DNA of 64,000 nucleotides, from positions 49,413 through 113,412 of the forward strand of contig JBAPQW010000053.1 in the NCBI GenBank assembly GCA_049280815.1, written 5' to 3'. The notes under the pieces are model-generated. The model had not been told where the DNA came from. It made no database searches and saw only the letters and a program-made list of their open reading frames with translations. This document shows positions 29,149-37,635 of this stretch, in pieces (position 1 is the first letter of the stretch; each line of letters begins with the position of its first letter). A program made the translations under genes and the position numbers. This DNA comes from Verrucomicrobiia bacterium. GTDB taxonomy: Bacteria > Verrucomicrobiota > Verrucomicrobiia > Limisphaerales > UBA11358.

Positions 29149-30993
29149 ATGAAAAACATTTGCCATCTGTTGGGAGTCTTCGTCGCCAGTCTTGTCTGCA
29201 TCCTGCCGGCTGTTCATTCCCGCGCCGACACCATCTACGTGGCCTGCGCGATCGAAGGCACCATCCACCAATATGCCACCAACGGCACCGGCTCGATTTT
29301 CGCCCGGTCCTCCCTGGGCAACCCGGAAGGCGAGGCCTTTGATCAGGCGGGCAACCTTTATGTGGCCAATGAGGCCTACAACACTATTAGCCGGTTCGCC
29401 GCCAACGGCGTCCCGTCATTCTTCGCTATCGACCCTGGCGACAACTCCATCCTGAACCGCCCGACAGGCCTGGCGTTTGACCAGGCGGGCAACCTCTATG
29501 TGGCCAACGAAAGCAATAACAACATTGAGAAATTCACCACCAATGGCGTTGCCTCAGTCTTCGCCACCGACGATGGCAGCGGCAACATCTTGAATGGCCC
29601 GGAAGGGCTGGCCTTTGACACTTCCAGCAACCTCTACGTGGCGAACGACGGCGGCTTTATCTCCAAATTTTCTCCGAATGGCACTTTTCTGGGCCAGTTT
29701 GGCGACAGCTCCTATCTGAACAGCCCGGTTGGCATTGCCTTTGACAAGGCGGGCAATCTCTATGTGGTCAACAGCCTGCCCGCCAGCAACAACCCCGACG
29801 TTGTGAAATACGACACCAGCGGCCACGGCTCCGTGTTCGCCAACACCGGCCTGGATTACCCGGAATTTATCGCCTTCGACACTTCCAGCAACCTCTATGT
29901 GGCCAGCTCCGGCCCCACCAACACCATCATGAAGTTTGACACCAGCGGCCACGGCACCGTCTTCAACCAATACGGCGGCACGCAATACCCGTTCGGTCTG
30001 GCTTTTGACCAATCCGGCAATCTCTATGACGCCGACAACGGCCAGTTCATCCAGAAATTTGACAGCACCGGCAACAGCTCGCGGTTCGCCACCATCAGCA
30101 TCGCAGATCCGCGAGGGATGGGACTTGACAGCGCGGGCAACCTTTACGTGGCCAACTATACCGCAGGCACCATTGAGAAATTCGATACCAACGGCGTCCC
30201 GTCCGTCTTTGCTTTTGCTGGCGGTTTGCCTTACGGTCTCGTCGTTGATGGTTCAAATAACGTCTATATGGCGGCTTCCTACAACAATCAAATCCTGAAG
30301 TTTGCTCCCAATGGTTCCAGCTCGATCTTCGGCACGGACGATGGCAGCGGCCTAATCTTGAACAACCCGTGGGGACTTGCCATTGACAGCCTCGGCAACA
30401 TTTACTGCATCAATGGCAATGTCAACACCATGTCCAAATTCACTCCCAACGGCACCGGCTCCGTTTTTGCCGGCATTGCCGATTTCTATACTCATGGCCC
30501 GGGTCTGGCCGTTGACAATGCCAACAATGTTTATTGCTTCACAAATTTTTACGCCATCGCCAAATTCTCGCCGGCGGGCGGCATCCCCGCGCCGTTTGCC
30601 AGCGATCCGGGCGAAAGTGACCCGCAAGGCATGGCCTTCGACAGCGCCGGCAACCTTTACGTGGTCAACTACTACGACGGCACCGTCATGAAATACGATA
30701 CCGGCGGCAACGGCACCGTCTTTGCCAGCGGTCTCAACACTCCCACATTCATCACCATCAAGCGCAGCGTCACCACGACCGTCGTTCCCGTGCTGGGCAT
30801 CCTCCGGAGCGGCACCAACGTGGTGTTAAGCTGGTCAACGGCGGCGGCCGGTTTCAACCTGTATTCCGCCACCAACCTTGCCAGCCCAACCTGGCTTTCC
30901 GTGTCCGGCACCCGCGGCACCAACCTCATCAGTTTTCTGATGACCAATCCCGTCGCCGGTCCCGCCCGCTTCTTCCGCCTTTCAAATCCGTAG
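29149..30993 (+). CDS. NHL-repeat beta-propeller protein with FYR-type tail
   Basis: ATG at 29149 (MKNICHLLGVFVASLVCILPAVHSRA). About 11 blades with (A/S)GNLYVAN. Ends ..PARFFRLSNP. Confidence 0.88.
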   Translation: MKNICHLLGVFVASLVCILPAVHSRADTIYVACAIEGTIHQYATNGTGSIFARSSLGNPEGEAFDQAGNLYVANEAYNTISRFAANGVPSFFAIDPGDNSILNRPTGLAFDQAGNLYVANESNNNIEKFTTNGVASVFATDDGSGNILNGPEGLAFDTSSNLYVANDGGFISKFSPNGTFLGQFGDSSYLNSPVGIAFDKAGNLYVVNSLPASNNPDVVKYDTSGHGSVFANTGLDYPEFIAFDTSSNLYVASSGPTNTIMKFDTSGHGTVFNQYGGTQYPFGLAFDQSGNLYDADNGQFIQKFDSTGNSSRFATISIADPRGMGLDSAGNLYVANYTAGTIEKFDTNGVPSVFAFAGGLPYGLVVDGSNNVYMAASYNNQILKFAPNGSSSIFGTDDGSGLILNNPWGLAIDSLGNIYCINGNVNTMSKFTPNGTGSVFAGIADFYTHGPGLAVDNANNVYCFTNFYAIAKFSPAGGIPAPFASDPGESDPQGMAFDSAGNLYVVNYYDGTVMKYDTGGNGTVFASGLNTPTFITIKRSVTTTVVPVLGILRSGTNVVLSWSTAAAGFNLYSATNLASPTWLSVSGTRGTNLISFLMTNPVAGPARFFRLSNP

Positions 30994-30996
30994 AAC

Positions 30997-31118
30997 CGCC
31001 AAGGCTTGGCCACAGATGAACTCAGATGAAACGCAGATAAAGCCGTTTGAACAACAAAGTAACGAAGGGCGCAAAGAAGCAGAAAACTTGGTTCCTTGGT
31101 TGCTTCGTTGTTCAATCC
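30997..31118. repeat. family A left half followed by a family B palindrome
   Basis: ccgccaaggcttggccacagatgaactcagatgaaacgcagataaag, then ttgaacaacaaagtaacgaagggcgcaaagaag...cttggttgcttcgttgttcaa. Confidence 0.75.
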
Positions 31119-31421
31119 AGTTTTCCCTTGATCTGGATCTCGGATCTGATCAATTGATCTGGGCGTGCCGAAGAAGTCCAAACCAGCCAAACGCCAGCCT
31201 CTTTACCGGAAACCGCCGCCGAAGCCGCCCCGGAGCGCGGACAGCTTGTCCGCGAGAACCAAAGCCCCCAACTCGCGGGCTGGCAGCCCGCGCTCCAATG
31301 ATTTGCCTCACGCCCATCCCATCGCCCCATCACACTTCACCCTGCGCGAAGACGGTTCGGTTCAATCACAATCATCGATTCGCCAACGGACGGACGACAA
31401 TTCTCCCTCTCCCGGGGGAGA

Positions 31422-31509
31422 CTTGAGCCGATCGGGAATCGGCGAAAGGAATTCGACCGAAGGTGAAGGCCCGCGAGGGCCGAGTGAGCGGGAGCGAGCG
31501 AGTCATTCC
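31422..31509. repeat. ~90-bp element, family E, inserted in R1
   Basis: cttgagccgatcgggaatcggcgaaaggaattcgaccgaaggtgaaggcccgcgagggccgagtgagcgggagcgagcgagtcattccc. Second copy at 44057-44147. Confidence 0.75.
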
Positions 31510-31756
31510 CGCCCTCCGCCATCATCAAACGCAAGCCGCTCTCATCCACCGCACGCCGTGCCGGCTGGGTCGGATGCAACTTCGCCCTGAATCGCATCCC
31601 GGCAGATGCCCGGATAGCAGTCGTCACGGAAAGTCAGGTCATGCCCGCTGCCGAAGTCCGGAAACAATTCCGTCACATCAAACCGCTGAAAGAAATCGGC
31701 ATCAAAGAACGCGGCTGGACTCTGGACGTGTTGAACATCGTGCGACGCATCAGTGA

Positions 31757-31807
31757 GGTAGGGCGGCGCTGCTGCGCCGCCCGGCCGAGCGGCAGCTCGG
31801 CCCTACC
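31757..31807. repeat. family C REP hairpin inserted in frame in R1
   Basis: ggtagggcggcgctgctgcgccgcccggccgagcggcagctcggccctacc. 51 nt (17 codons), translated as VGRRCCAARPSGSSALP inside ORF 31641-31973. Confidence 0.85.
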
Positions 31808-32000
31808 AGATAACACCTTCACCACCGCCGAGGTTTATGCGTTCGAACGCGAACTGGAAAAACTCCATCCCGATAATCGGCACGTCCGCGACAAAATCCG
31901 TCAGCAGCTCCAAGTCTTGCGCGATGCCGGTTTGCTATTGCACATTGGCCGTGGTGAATGGCGCCTGCCGTGATTTATTTCTCAGGAGGGAACGCGGGCG

Positions 32001-32423
32001 CTAATTCCGGTTGAGGACGAAGTGTCTGGCGCCCGGCGCATCAAAACCGGCCGGCACTTTGGGATTACCAGGCTGATTGCCCGTGATAGTGAGCGTGTCT
32101 CCCTCCACCCGGTAGATCGCGCAGCTGGTTTTGCCAATGTATTGGGGCTCGTGACATTGAGTTATCGTGCCCACCATCTGACGCGGATTCGTGCCTTCCC
32201 GGACGGTGAAGGTTCCCCGGCACCAATCGTCATTATTGGCCCCCTGGAATTCCAGCGTGTTGCCGGAGATGATAAAGCAACGCGAACCTTCCGGATTGCC
32301 GCCAATTTCATGGCCTTTCCATGTGCCTTGGAGCGTGGCCAAATCTGACCGCTGGGGTGTGGCGCAGCCCGAACCCCAAAGCAGCACCACGATGCAGACG
32401 AAGTTGAGGATATTTTTTCTCAT
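32001..32423 (-). CDS. TIGR03067-family lipoprotein
   Basis: MRKNILNFVCIVVLLWGSGC lipobox. LQGTWKG...GNTLEF......F.V....P..M........Y.GK....IY.VEGDTLT pattern typical of TIGR03067 as I recall it. Confidence 0.8.
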   Translation of the reverse strand: MRKNILNFVCIVVLLWGSGCATPQRSDLATLQGTWKGHEIGGNPEGSRCFIISGNTLEFQGANNDDWCRGTFTVREGTNPRQMVGTITQCHEPQYIGKTSCAIYRVEGDTLTITGNQPGNPKVPAGFDAPGARHFVLNRN

Positions 32424-32619
32424 AGGTTTATCTTTCGTGTTAAATCGGACAAAAGCAACGAGCTATCCTCACGCACAAAAAGGGCACCCAACGCGCCTGG
32501 CCATTCATGGCCGCCCGATTCCGAATGGATATGAGCTGTTGTACCCAGTACTGGTGACATGCAGGATTTGAGGATTGGAGTATCCTTAACCCAGATTTAG
32601 TAGTTCTCACTGTGTAAGG

Positions 32620-32653
32620 AAAGGCCGGCGTAGTGTCCGGCCTTTTTCTTTTT
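32620..32653 (+). terminator. rho-independent terminator with no obvious upstream CDS
   Basis: Stem aaaggccgg / ccggccttt with 8-nt loop cgtagtgt, followed by ttttcttttt. The T-run is only on the + strand. Confidence 0.7.
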
Positions 32654-32705
32654 AACCGTCGATTTTCCGCCTTTCCCATCCTGTTCATCATGTCAATCCG
32701 GGCTG

Positions 32706-32795
32706 CATTGAAGCATCAACCGGCTGTTCAGGCACATTTGTTGGTACATTTTCGTCTGTTTAGATTTGGGCCGGCCCTTCATTTTCGCCAGCAAC
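32706..32795 (-). repeat. family F element, copy F1
   Basis: cattgaagcatcaaccggctgttcaggcacatttgttggtacattttcgtctg... Minus frame reads LLAKMKGRPKSKQTKMYQQMCLNSRLMLQC. Confidence 0.7.
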
Positions 32796-33142
32796 TCCAA
32801 GTCCTTCCGCCTTCACCATGTTTCGGCGCGACAAGGCGCGATGCCGGCCGCTGCTTCACCTCGAGCGCGGTGTATGGCGTTTGCCGTTAAGTTGCGCGGC
32901 ACCCCCAACAGTTCCCGGCCCGGTCATCCCCTTCTTTCTGTTTCACCGCAACGGGTCGTGCTGGAATGAAACCGGAAGGGTTGGGTGCTTAATCACCGAA
33001 ATGATGATTTAAAAGACTAATGGAAATAAATTGATTAAATTAGTATATGGCATCTCACATGCTTGAATTACAACCATGTTAGCCCTAGATTTTAAGCATT
33101 TGTTCGATGCCAGCTGAACAAACAAGGATAGATGCCACGCTT

Positions 33143-33766
33143 ATGAAAACATTTCTCGCTTTATTCTTTTCCTTCACACTCTTCACCGCAACTGCCCAGC
33201 CGTCCCCAATTTATGTGGATTTCACGTCTCTGGGCATCGATACGGTGGATATTACCCTGGAAAATGACCCCGCCGGTCTCGCGCTGAATGGCATTACTCT
33301 GGGATATGATAACTTTGGAAGCTCGCCCGATTTCGCCTCTGCCGACCAAATCGGGATCTACGGGACGACCTATGGCGCTCTGGTCTTCAATTTTACTTCG
33401 CCGGAAACGGCCCTGAATTATGATTTTTCAGTGTTGTCGACCACCGGGCCGGACGCCAACGCCCTGGTCGTACTTTTCTTCGACGCTGGAAATTTAAGTG
33501 ACGTGGTAACGATTCCTGGTGTTTACACCCCTTACGACTTTGACGATGCGCGGGGGCAGATAGATGGTTCGCTCACCTACACTGGCCCGACCTTCGATCA
33601 AGCCGTTTCGTATTTCAGTCCAGTCCAGTCAGAACCGGAAGAAGACCTGTATTATTTCACCGTTGGCAATCTCTCTTATACGCCGGCTCCCGAACCCGCC
33701 AGTTGGCTGCTTGTTACGTTGGGTTTGGGCGGATTACTGGTCAAGGGCAGAAAAAGCGTAACTTGA
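33143..33766 (+). CDS. PEP-CTERM sorting-domain protein
   Basis: ATG at 33143 (MKTFLALFFSFTLFTATAQP). C-terminal TPAPEPASWLLVTLGLGGLLVKGRK. Confidence 0.85.
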   Translation: MKTFLALFFSFTLFTATAQPSPIYVDFTSLGIDTVDITLENDPAGLALNGITLGYDNFGSSPDFASADQIGIYGTTYGALVFNFTSPETALNYDFSVLSTTGPDANALVVLFFDAGNLSDVVTIPGVYTPYDFDDARGQIDGSLTYTGPTFDQAVSYFSPVQSEPEEDLYYFTVGNLSYTPAPEPASWLLVTLGLGGLLVKGRKSVT

Positions 33767-33814
33767 TGGATTTATTTTGGGCCGTTTTTTGGCCGAAAAG
33801 GTTTGTTTTTTCTG

Positions 33815-33965
33815 GGCCCACTGGCACCTGCACCTTTACTTGCGAGTTGGAAACTCTGCGCCCTGACCAACGGCAAATCCGGGATAAAGTCGCCAACCAC
33901 TCCAAGACCTGCGTGACCTTGGTTTACTGCCACACGTCGGTCGGGGCATCTGGCGTCTGCCTTAA
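33815..33965 (+). pseudogene. DpnI-family C-terminal relic, copy R2 (frameshifted)
   Basis: ..TFTCELETLRPDQRQIRDKV, then a +2 frame shift to RQPLQDLRDLGLLPHVGRGIWRLP* (stop 33963-33965). Compare R1 ..YAFERELEKLHPDNRHVRDKIRQQLQVLRDAGLLLHIGRGEWRLP*. Confidence 0.7.
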
Positions 33966-34169
33966 CGGGAGTTTGACTCCTTTGCAGCCTACTTGAGAAC
34001 CCCTGGCGCGGCGGTTTTTGAGAGGGTGACGTCTCCGCCGTCGGGCACAACGTCGAACATAACGTATGAAGTCGAGTTGGCGGTGACGTGTTGCGCGCCG
34101 ACCGGCTGATGGTTCTGGGAAACGGTGAACCGTGTTCTCGCCGAAGCGCGCATTGCTATCGTCATCACT

Positions 34170-34251
34170 CGTAGCAGCGGACGTGAGTCCGCTCCAATAT
34201 CTTCGGGAGAAAGTCGGGAAAGTCAGAGCCGACTCACGTCGGCTGCTACGG
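34170..34251. repeat. long-armed hairpin, family D, copy D1 (inside R3)
   Basis: cgtagcagcggacgtgagtccgctc ...loop... gagccgactcacgtcggctgctacg. Arms of about 25 bp. Confidence 0.85.
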
Positions 34252-34373
34252 TTATCGTTCCACCGGAGGAAGTTCGGGAAAAATTCCGTCACATCAAACC
34301 GTTGAAGGATATTCCCATCCAGATGCGCGGTTGGACGTTGGACGTGCTGAACATCGTCCGGCGGTTGGTGGAT

Positions 34374-34445
34374 AGTAGGAGACGAGGTAACGAGTCTGGG
34401 TCTGCGACCGGGAAGGGGGCCAGCCTCCTCACGTCGGCTCCTACT
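34374..34445. repeat. hairpin insertion (family D-like) inside R3
   Basis: agtaggagacgagg...cctcacgtcggctcctact. Complementary termini. Confidence 0.7.
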
Positions 34446-34555
34446 GGGGAATTCACCACCGCTGACGCCTACGCTTTTGAGGGCGAACTGGAAAAGCTCC
34501 ATCCCGACAATCGTCACGTCCGCGACAAAATCCGCCAGCAACTGCAAGTAGGTTT

Positions 34556-34610
34556 CCTTTTTGCCCGGATTTGCGTTTGCCGTTTAATGCAAATGCCGGA
34601 TGCAAAAAGG
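34556..34610. repeat. hairpin insertion inside R3
   Basis: cctttttgcccggatttgc gtttgccgtttaat gcaaatgccggatgcaaaaagg. Splits QQLQV|LRDA. Confidence 0.75.
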
Positions 34611-34665
34611 CTGCGCGACGCCCGCCTGCTGCTCCACGTTGGCCGTGGTGAATGGCGGCTTCCCT

Positions 34666-34752
34666 AGCTCCGTAGGAGCGGAATCTTTGTAGTTCCGTGC
34701 GTCCCCCAAAATTCCCAAGCCCCGTAGGGGCGGAATATGCCGCTCCTGACGG
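34666..34752. repeat. hairpin element (family D-like) just after R3
   Basis: ctccgtaggagcgg ... ccgctcctgacggag, with an internal ccccgtaggggcgg. Confidence 0.7.
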
Positions 34753-34855
34753 AGCTTAAATTTTGTTTCGGGTCTGATTCTACAGATATGCCGCGCCTAC
34801 GGCGCTTGTCTCTTCGTGCCTTGGCGTCTTGGCGGTTAAAACCTCGTCTTTGGCT

Positions 34856-34950
34856 CATTTGAGCATCAACCGGTGGTTCAGGCGCATTTGCTGGTACATT
34901 TTCTTCTGTTCGTCTTTCGGCTGGCCGTTCATGGCTGCCAGCACATTTCG
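34856..34950 (-). repeat. family F element, copy F2
   Basis: Minus frame reads NVLAAMNGQPKDEQKKMYQQMRLNHRLMLK*. Confidence 0.75.
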
Positions 34951-35204
34951 AAGGCTGAAGGCTGAACGCTAAAGGCTGAAGTAAAAACAAAACTCAACCG
35001 GATTTGAACAGGAGGAAACTCCGATAAATCGCGAGCAGGCGGAGGGAACGGAGGCTTTGCCTTTTCTGGTCCCCAACGTCTCTGCTGTCTCTGCGTGCTC
35101 CTGTTAAAACGTTTTGCTTTGCTGCTCCACATCGACCGCAGCCGCTGGCGTCCGTTGTGAAGACTGGCGCTAATTACGCGAATGGACGCACATCTTGAGT
35201 GAAA

Positions 35205-36752
35205 CTATTGTACACCGACACGATAGAAATAAGGGCCGCCGTTCGTGGCGCTGGTGTCTGTGAAGCTCGTCGTTCCGGCCTGGCCGGGAATATTGCTTTG
35301 AATCGTTGAAAACGCCGACGGCATCGTCAAATTGGTGCTGCTTTGGAGGTAATAGATCCGGTTGCTCACACTTTGCCAGCTGACGACGACGCCCGCCGGA
35401 CTGTTGCTGGGCAGTGGGGGCAGCATGGCCAGAATCGACAGGGCATTGGTGGGATTCAAGCCGGCAATCCAATCCTGATAGACGCTGAAGCCGGTGCCGT
35501 CCAGGTCGGAGGCATCAATGTTCGCTGTAATGGGCAGGCCATATTGCTGGAGCCACGCGTAGGAAATCTTGCTGACGGGCGTTTGGTATTCGTAAGCGCC
35601 GATGTCCACCGTCCCGCCGGCAAGGCGCGGGTTGCCGTCCAGGTCCGTGGTGCCGGTCACATAGTCATTGTTGCCGGAATTGATGCACGGGGACGTGGAT
35701 TGCAAATGATAATCGCCGCCGTTCTGGTTTGCGAAGAGAGGCGGGTTAGTGAGGTTGTTCTGGCCGCCGGGCGGAAGCGGGGTGGTACAACAATTGTAGA
35801 ATGTCCCGCCCGCGTAATTGTCCTGATAGACCAGAGAATAATAAAGGAATTTGTTCGCGAAGATTATGCAATTATCCAATGCCCCACCATAAACGCCGCC
35901 GCCGCGGGGCGGAGTATTTTTGGGAAAGTAAACAGTATTGTTGACAATGGTGCAATTCGTCGCGTTGCAATAAAAAAGCCCGCCGCCAATCGCATCGCCC
36001 TCCGGGGCAAAGTAGTTAATCGCATAGTTGTTTGCGATCAGGCAATTGTTCAAGGTGGAAGCTGCCGCACCAGCCCCCCACGCAGCCCGGTTGCCGACCA
36101 GGACACACCGGGTTAACGTGCATTCCAGCGCGCCGCCTCCTTCGCCAGCACCGACCCCCTGGCTGAGTCTCTGGGGTACCGTGTTGTTGGAAAGCAGGCA
36201 GTTATTCAGCACGGAATAAGCGGCACCAACGCCGTCACCGTACAGGCTGATATTGCAGGTGATTGTGCAATTGCTCAACGTGCCGTAAAACACCGCTCCA
36301 TAGTCTCCATAAACCGAGTTGCTGATTATCAGGCAGTTGAATATAAACACGTTGGTGGAAGTGCAGAGCACTCCCGCGCCCGCAAACATGGAATAGCCGT
36401 TGGTTAATGTGAATCCAATTAAAGTGGAGCCATCTGTCAAATTGGCGCAGACGTTTGCCTGATTGCCGTCAATTACCGTTACACCCGATCCGTTGACGCT
36501 TTGGATGGTTATCGCGTTGGTTGTTACGATTCCGTTTCGATAGACGCCGTTGGTCACCAGAATCAAATCGCCATTACTTGAAGCATTTACGGCATCCTGA
36601 ATGTTCGTGGCGGCGGTGCTCCAATCGGCAAAGGGCGGCACCGGATCGGTGCAGATCGGGCTCACGTAAAGCGTCGCCGCCGGGGCACGAAATAGAATGA
36701 ACCACCCAAAGATGGCAATCCAAATGTATTGCTTGGATTTCACAAGGTCCAC
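35205..36752 (-). CDS. right-handed beta-helix / choice-of-anchor-Q-like secreted protein with FYR-type tail
   Basis: GTG start at 36752, hydrophobic N-terminus. Beta-helix repeats (..N.....N...). TDLDGNPRLAGGTVDIGAYEY motif. Ends ..GGPYFYRVGVQ. Confidence 0.82.
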   Translation of the reverse strand: MDLVKSKQYIWIAIFGWFILFRAPAATLYVSPICTDPVPPFADWSTAATNIQDAVNASSNGDLILVTNGVYRNGIVTTNAITIQSVNGSGVTVIDGNQANVCANLTDGSTLIGFTLTNGYSMFAGAGVLCTSTNVFIFNCLIISNSVYGDYGAVFYGTLSNCTITCNISLYGDGVGAAYSVLNNCLLSNNTVPQRLSQGVGAGEGGGALECTLTRCVLVGNRAAWGAGAAASTLNNCLIANNYAINYFAPEGDAIGGGLFYCNATNCTIVNNTVYFPKNTPPRGGGVYGGALDNCIIFANKFLYYSLVYQDNYAGGTFYNCCTTPLPPGGQNNLTNPPLFANQNGGDYHLQSTSPCINSGNNDYVTGTTDLDGNPRLAGGTVDIGAYEYQTPVSKISYAWLQQYGLPITANIDASDLDGTGFSVYQDWIAGLNPTNALSILAMLPPLPSNSPAGVVVSWQSVSNRIYYLQSSTNLTMPSAFSTIQSNIPGQAGTTSFTDTSATNGGPYFYRVGVQ

Positions 36753-37065
36753 TGGCTGAATTTATCTGATTTTATCCACTATATTTTCGGATTACAAGCA
36801 AAATTCCCCCTCCGGACTGCGATGGTTTCGCCATTCACCGGCCGAAACCGGAAAATCTGGGTCCTTGGGAAAGCGGATGGTTCTCAATTTATATCGGCTG
36901 GGAGTAAGTGGCGTTAGATGTGGCTTTTAGATGAATTTATAGAATGATGCAGAATTGAATTCAGTCCATTCGGTTCATTCTGTCTTTTTGCCTTTGTGTC
37001 TCTGTGGCTATCCGCGTCCATCTGCGTTCATCTGAGGTTGAATCACTTCGGCAACGGCGGGGCGG

Positions 37066-37138
37066 CCAGGTGCATTTGCTGGTACATTTTTCCTCGGTTC
37101 GGATTTGGGCTGGTCATTCATGGCCGCCAGCACATTTC
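37066..37138 (-). repeat. family F element, copy F3 (truncated, frameshifted)
   Basis: Minus frame reads NVLAAMNDQPKSEPRK, then a +1 base (aggaaaaatgtacc versus aagaaaatgtacc) and truncation. Confidence 0.65.
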
Positions 37139-37173
37139 GAAGGCTGAAGTAAAAACGAAAATAGATGCCAATA

Positions 37174-37240
37174 CGGGCAGGAATCCGCCAGCATTCCCGC
37201 GCTGCGGGATCCTGAGCGACGTTGGTTTGTTAATGCGTCA
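37174..37240 (+). pseudogene. short DpnI-family tail relic, copy R4
   Basis: cgggcaggaatccgccagca[ttcccgcgctgcggga]tcctgagcgacgttggtttgttaatgcg gives IRQQ..ILSDVGLLMRQ, compared with IRQQLQVLRDAGLLLHIG. The leading gggcaggaatccgccagca is shared with R5. Confidence 0.45.
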
Positions 37241-37520
37241 GGTTCAAGCTCAGGCCTTCCTGATACGCCTTGGACAGGTCGGCCCGGCAGGCGGCAGGGT
37301 CTGAATTTGTGTCGCAGTTGTCCCAATGCACCCGAACCAGTCAGACAAATGCTAAATTCTAAAGGCCAAAGTGGGCCGGATTTCAGCCTTCAGCCTTAAG
37401 CCTTTTATTAGCGGTTCCCGCCCACGGTGCTGGTCGCCACATTGCCGCTGGCTGAGAACACCGTTTTGGTCGTGCAGCATCCGGTCGGGAACAGGATGAC
37501 AACCGCCGACGCGAATATTT

Positions 37521-37624
37521 TGACAGGATGAACAGGATTTACAGGATGAAAGCGATTTGGAATTGTTTTTGAACAGTTTGTTTTCATTATTTTCAAAATC
37601 CTGTCCATCCTGTTAATCCTGTCA
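37521..37624. repeat. ~100-bp unit flanking the GxxExxY gene (left copy), internally palindromic
   Basis: tgacaggatgaacaggatttacaggatgaaagc...aaaatcctgtccatcctgttaatcctgtca. Same orientation as the right copy at 38055. Confidence 0.8.
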
Positions 37625-37635
37625 TGTATTTCGAT

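Larger units (their letters stand above)
31150..31973 (+). pseudogene. decayed DpnI-family (methyl-directed restriction endonuclease / Dam-replacing protein) gene, copy R1
   Basis: The 3' two-thirds read ..PSAIIKRKPLSSTARRAGWVGCNFALNRIPADARIAVV..EVRKQFRHIKPL..ERGWTLDVLNIVRRI[REP]..FTTAEVYAFERELEKLHPDNRHVRDKIRQQLQVLRDAGLLLHIGRGEWRLP*. This parallels S. pneumoniae DpnI as I recall it (..IIQRKPLAPTARRAGWIGCN..SRGWTIEILNCIDKI..NNHIKEKIRQQLQILRDK.IIEFKGRGKYRKL). The N-terminal half is frame-broken, with two repeat insertions. Confidence 0.7.
34080..34667 (+). pseudogene. DpnI-family relic, copy R3, with three palindromic insertions but an open frame
   Basis: ORF 34125-34667 reads VNRVLAEARIAIVITRSS[hairpin]VIVPPEEVREKFRHIKPLKDIPIQMRGWTLDVLNIVRRL[hairpin]EFTTADAYAFEGELEKLHPDNRHVRDKIRQQLQV[hairpin]LRDARLLLHVGRGEWRLP*. 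The catalytic half is missing. Confidence 0.75.
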
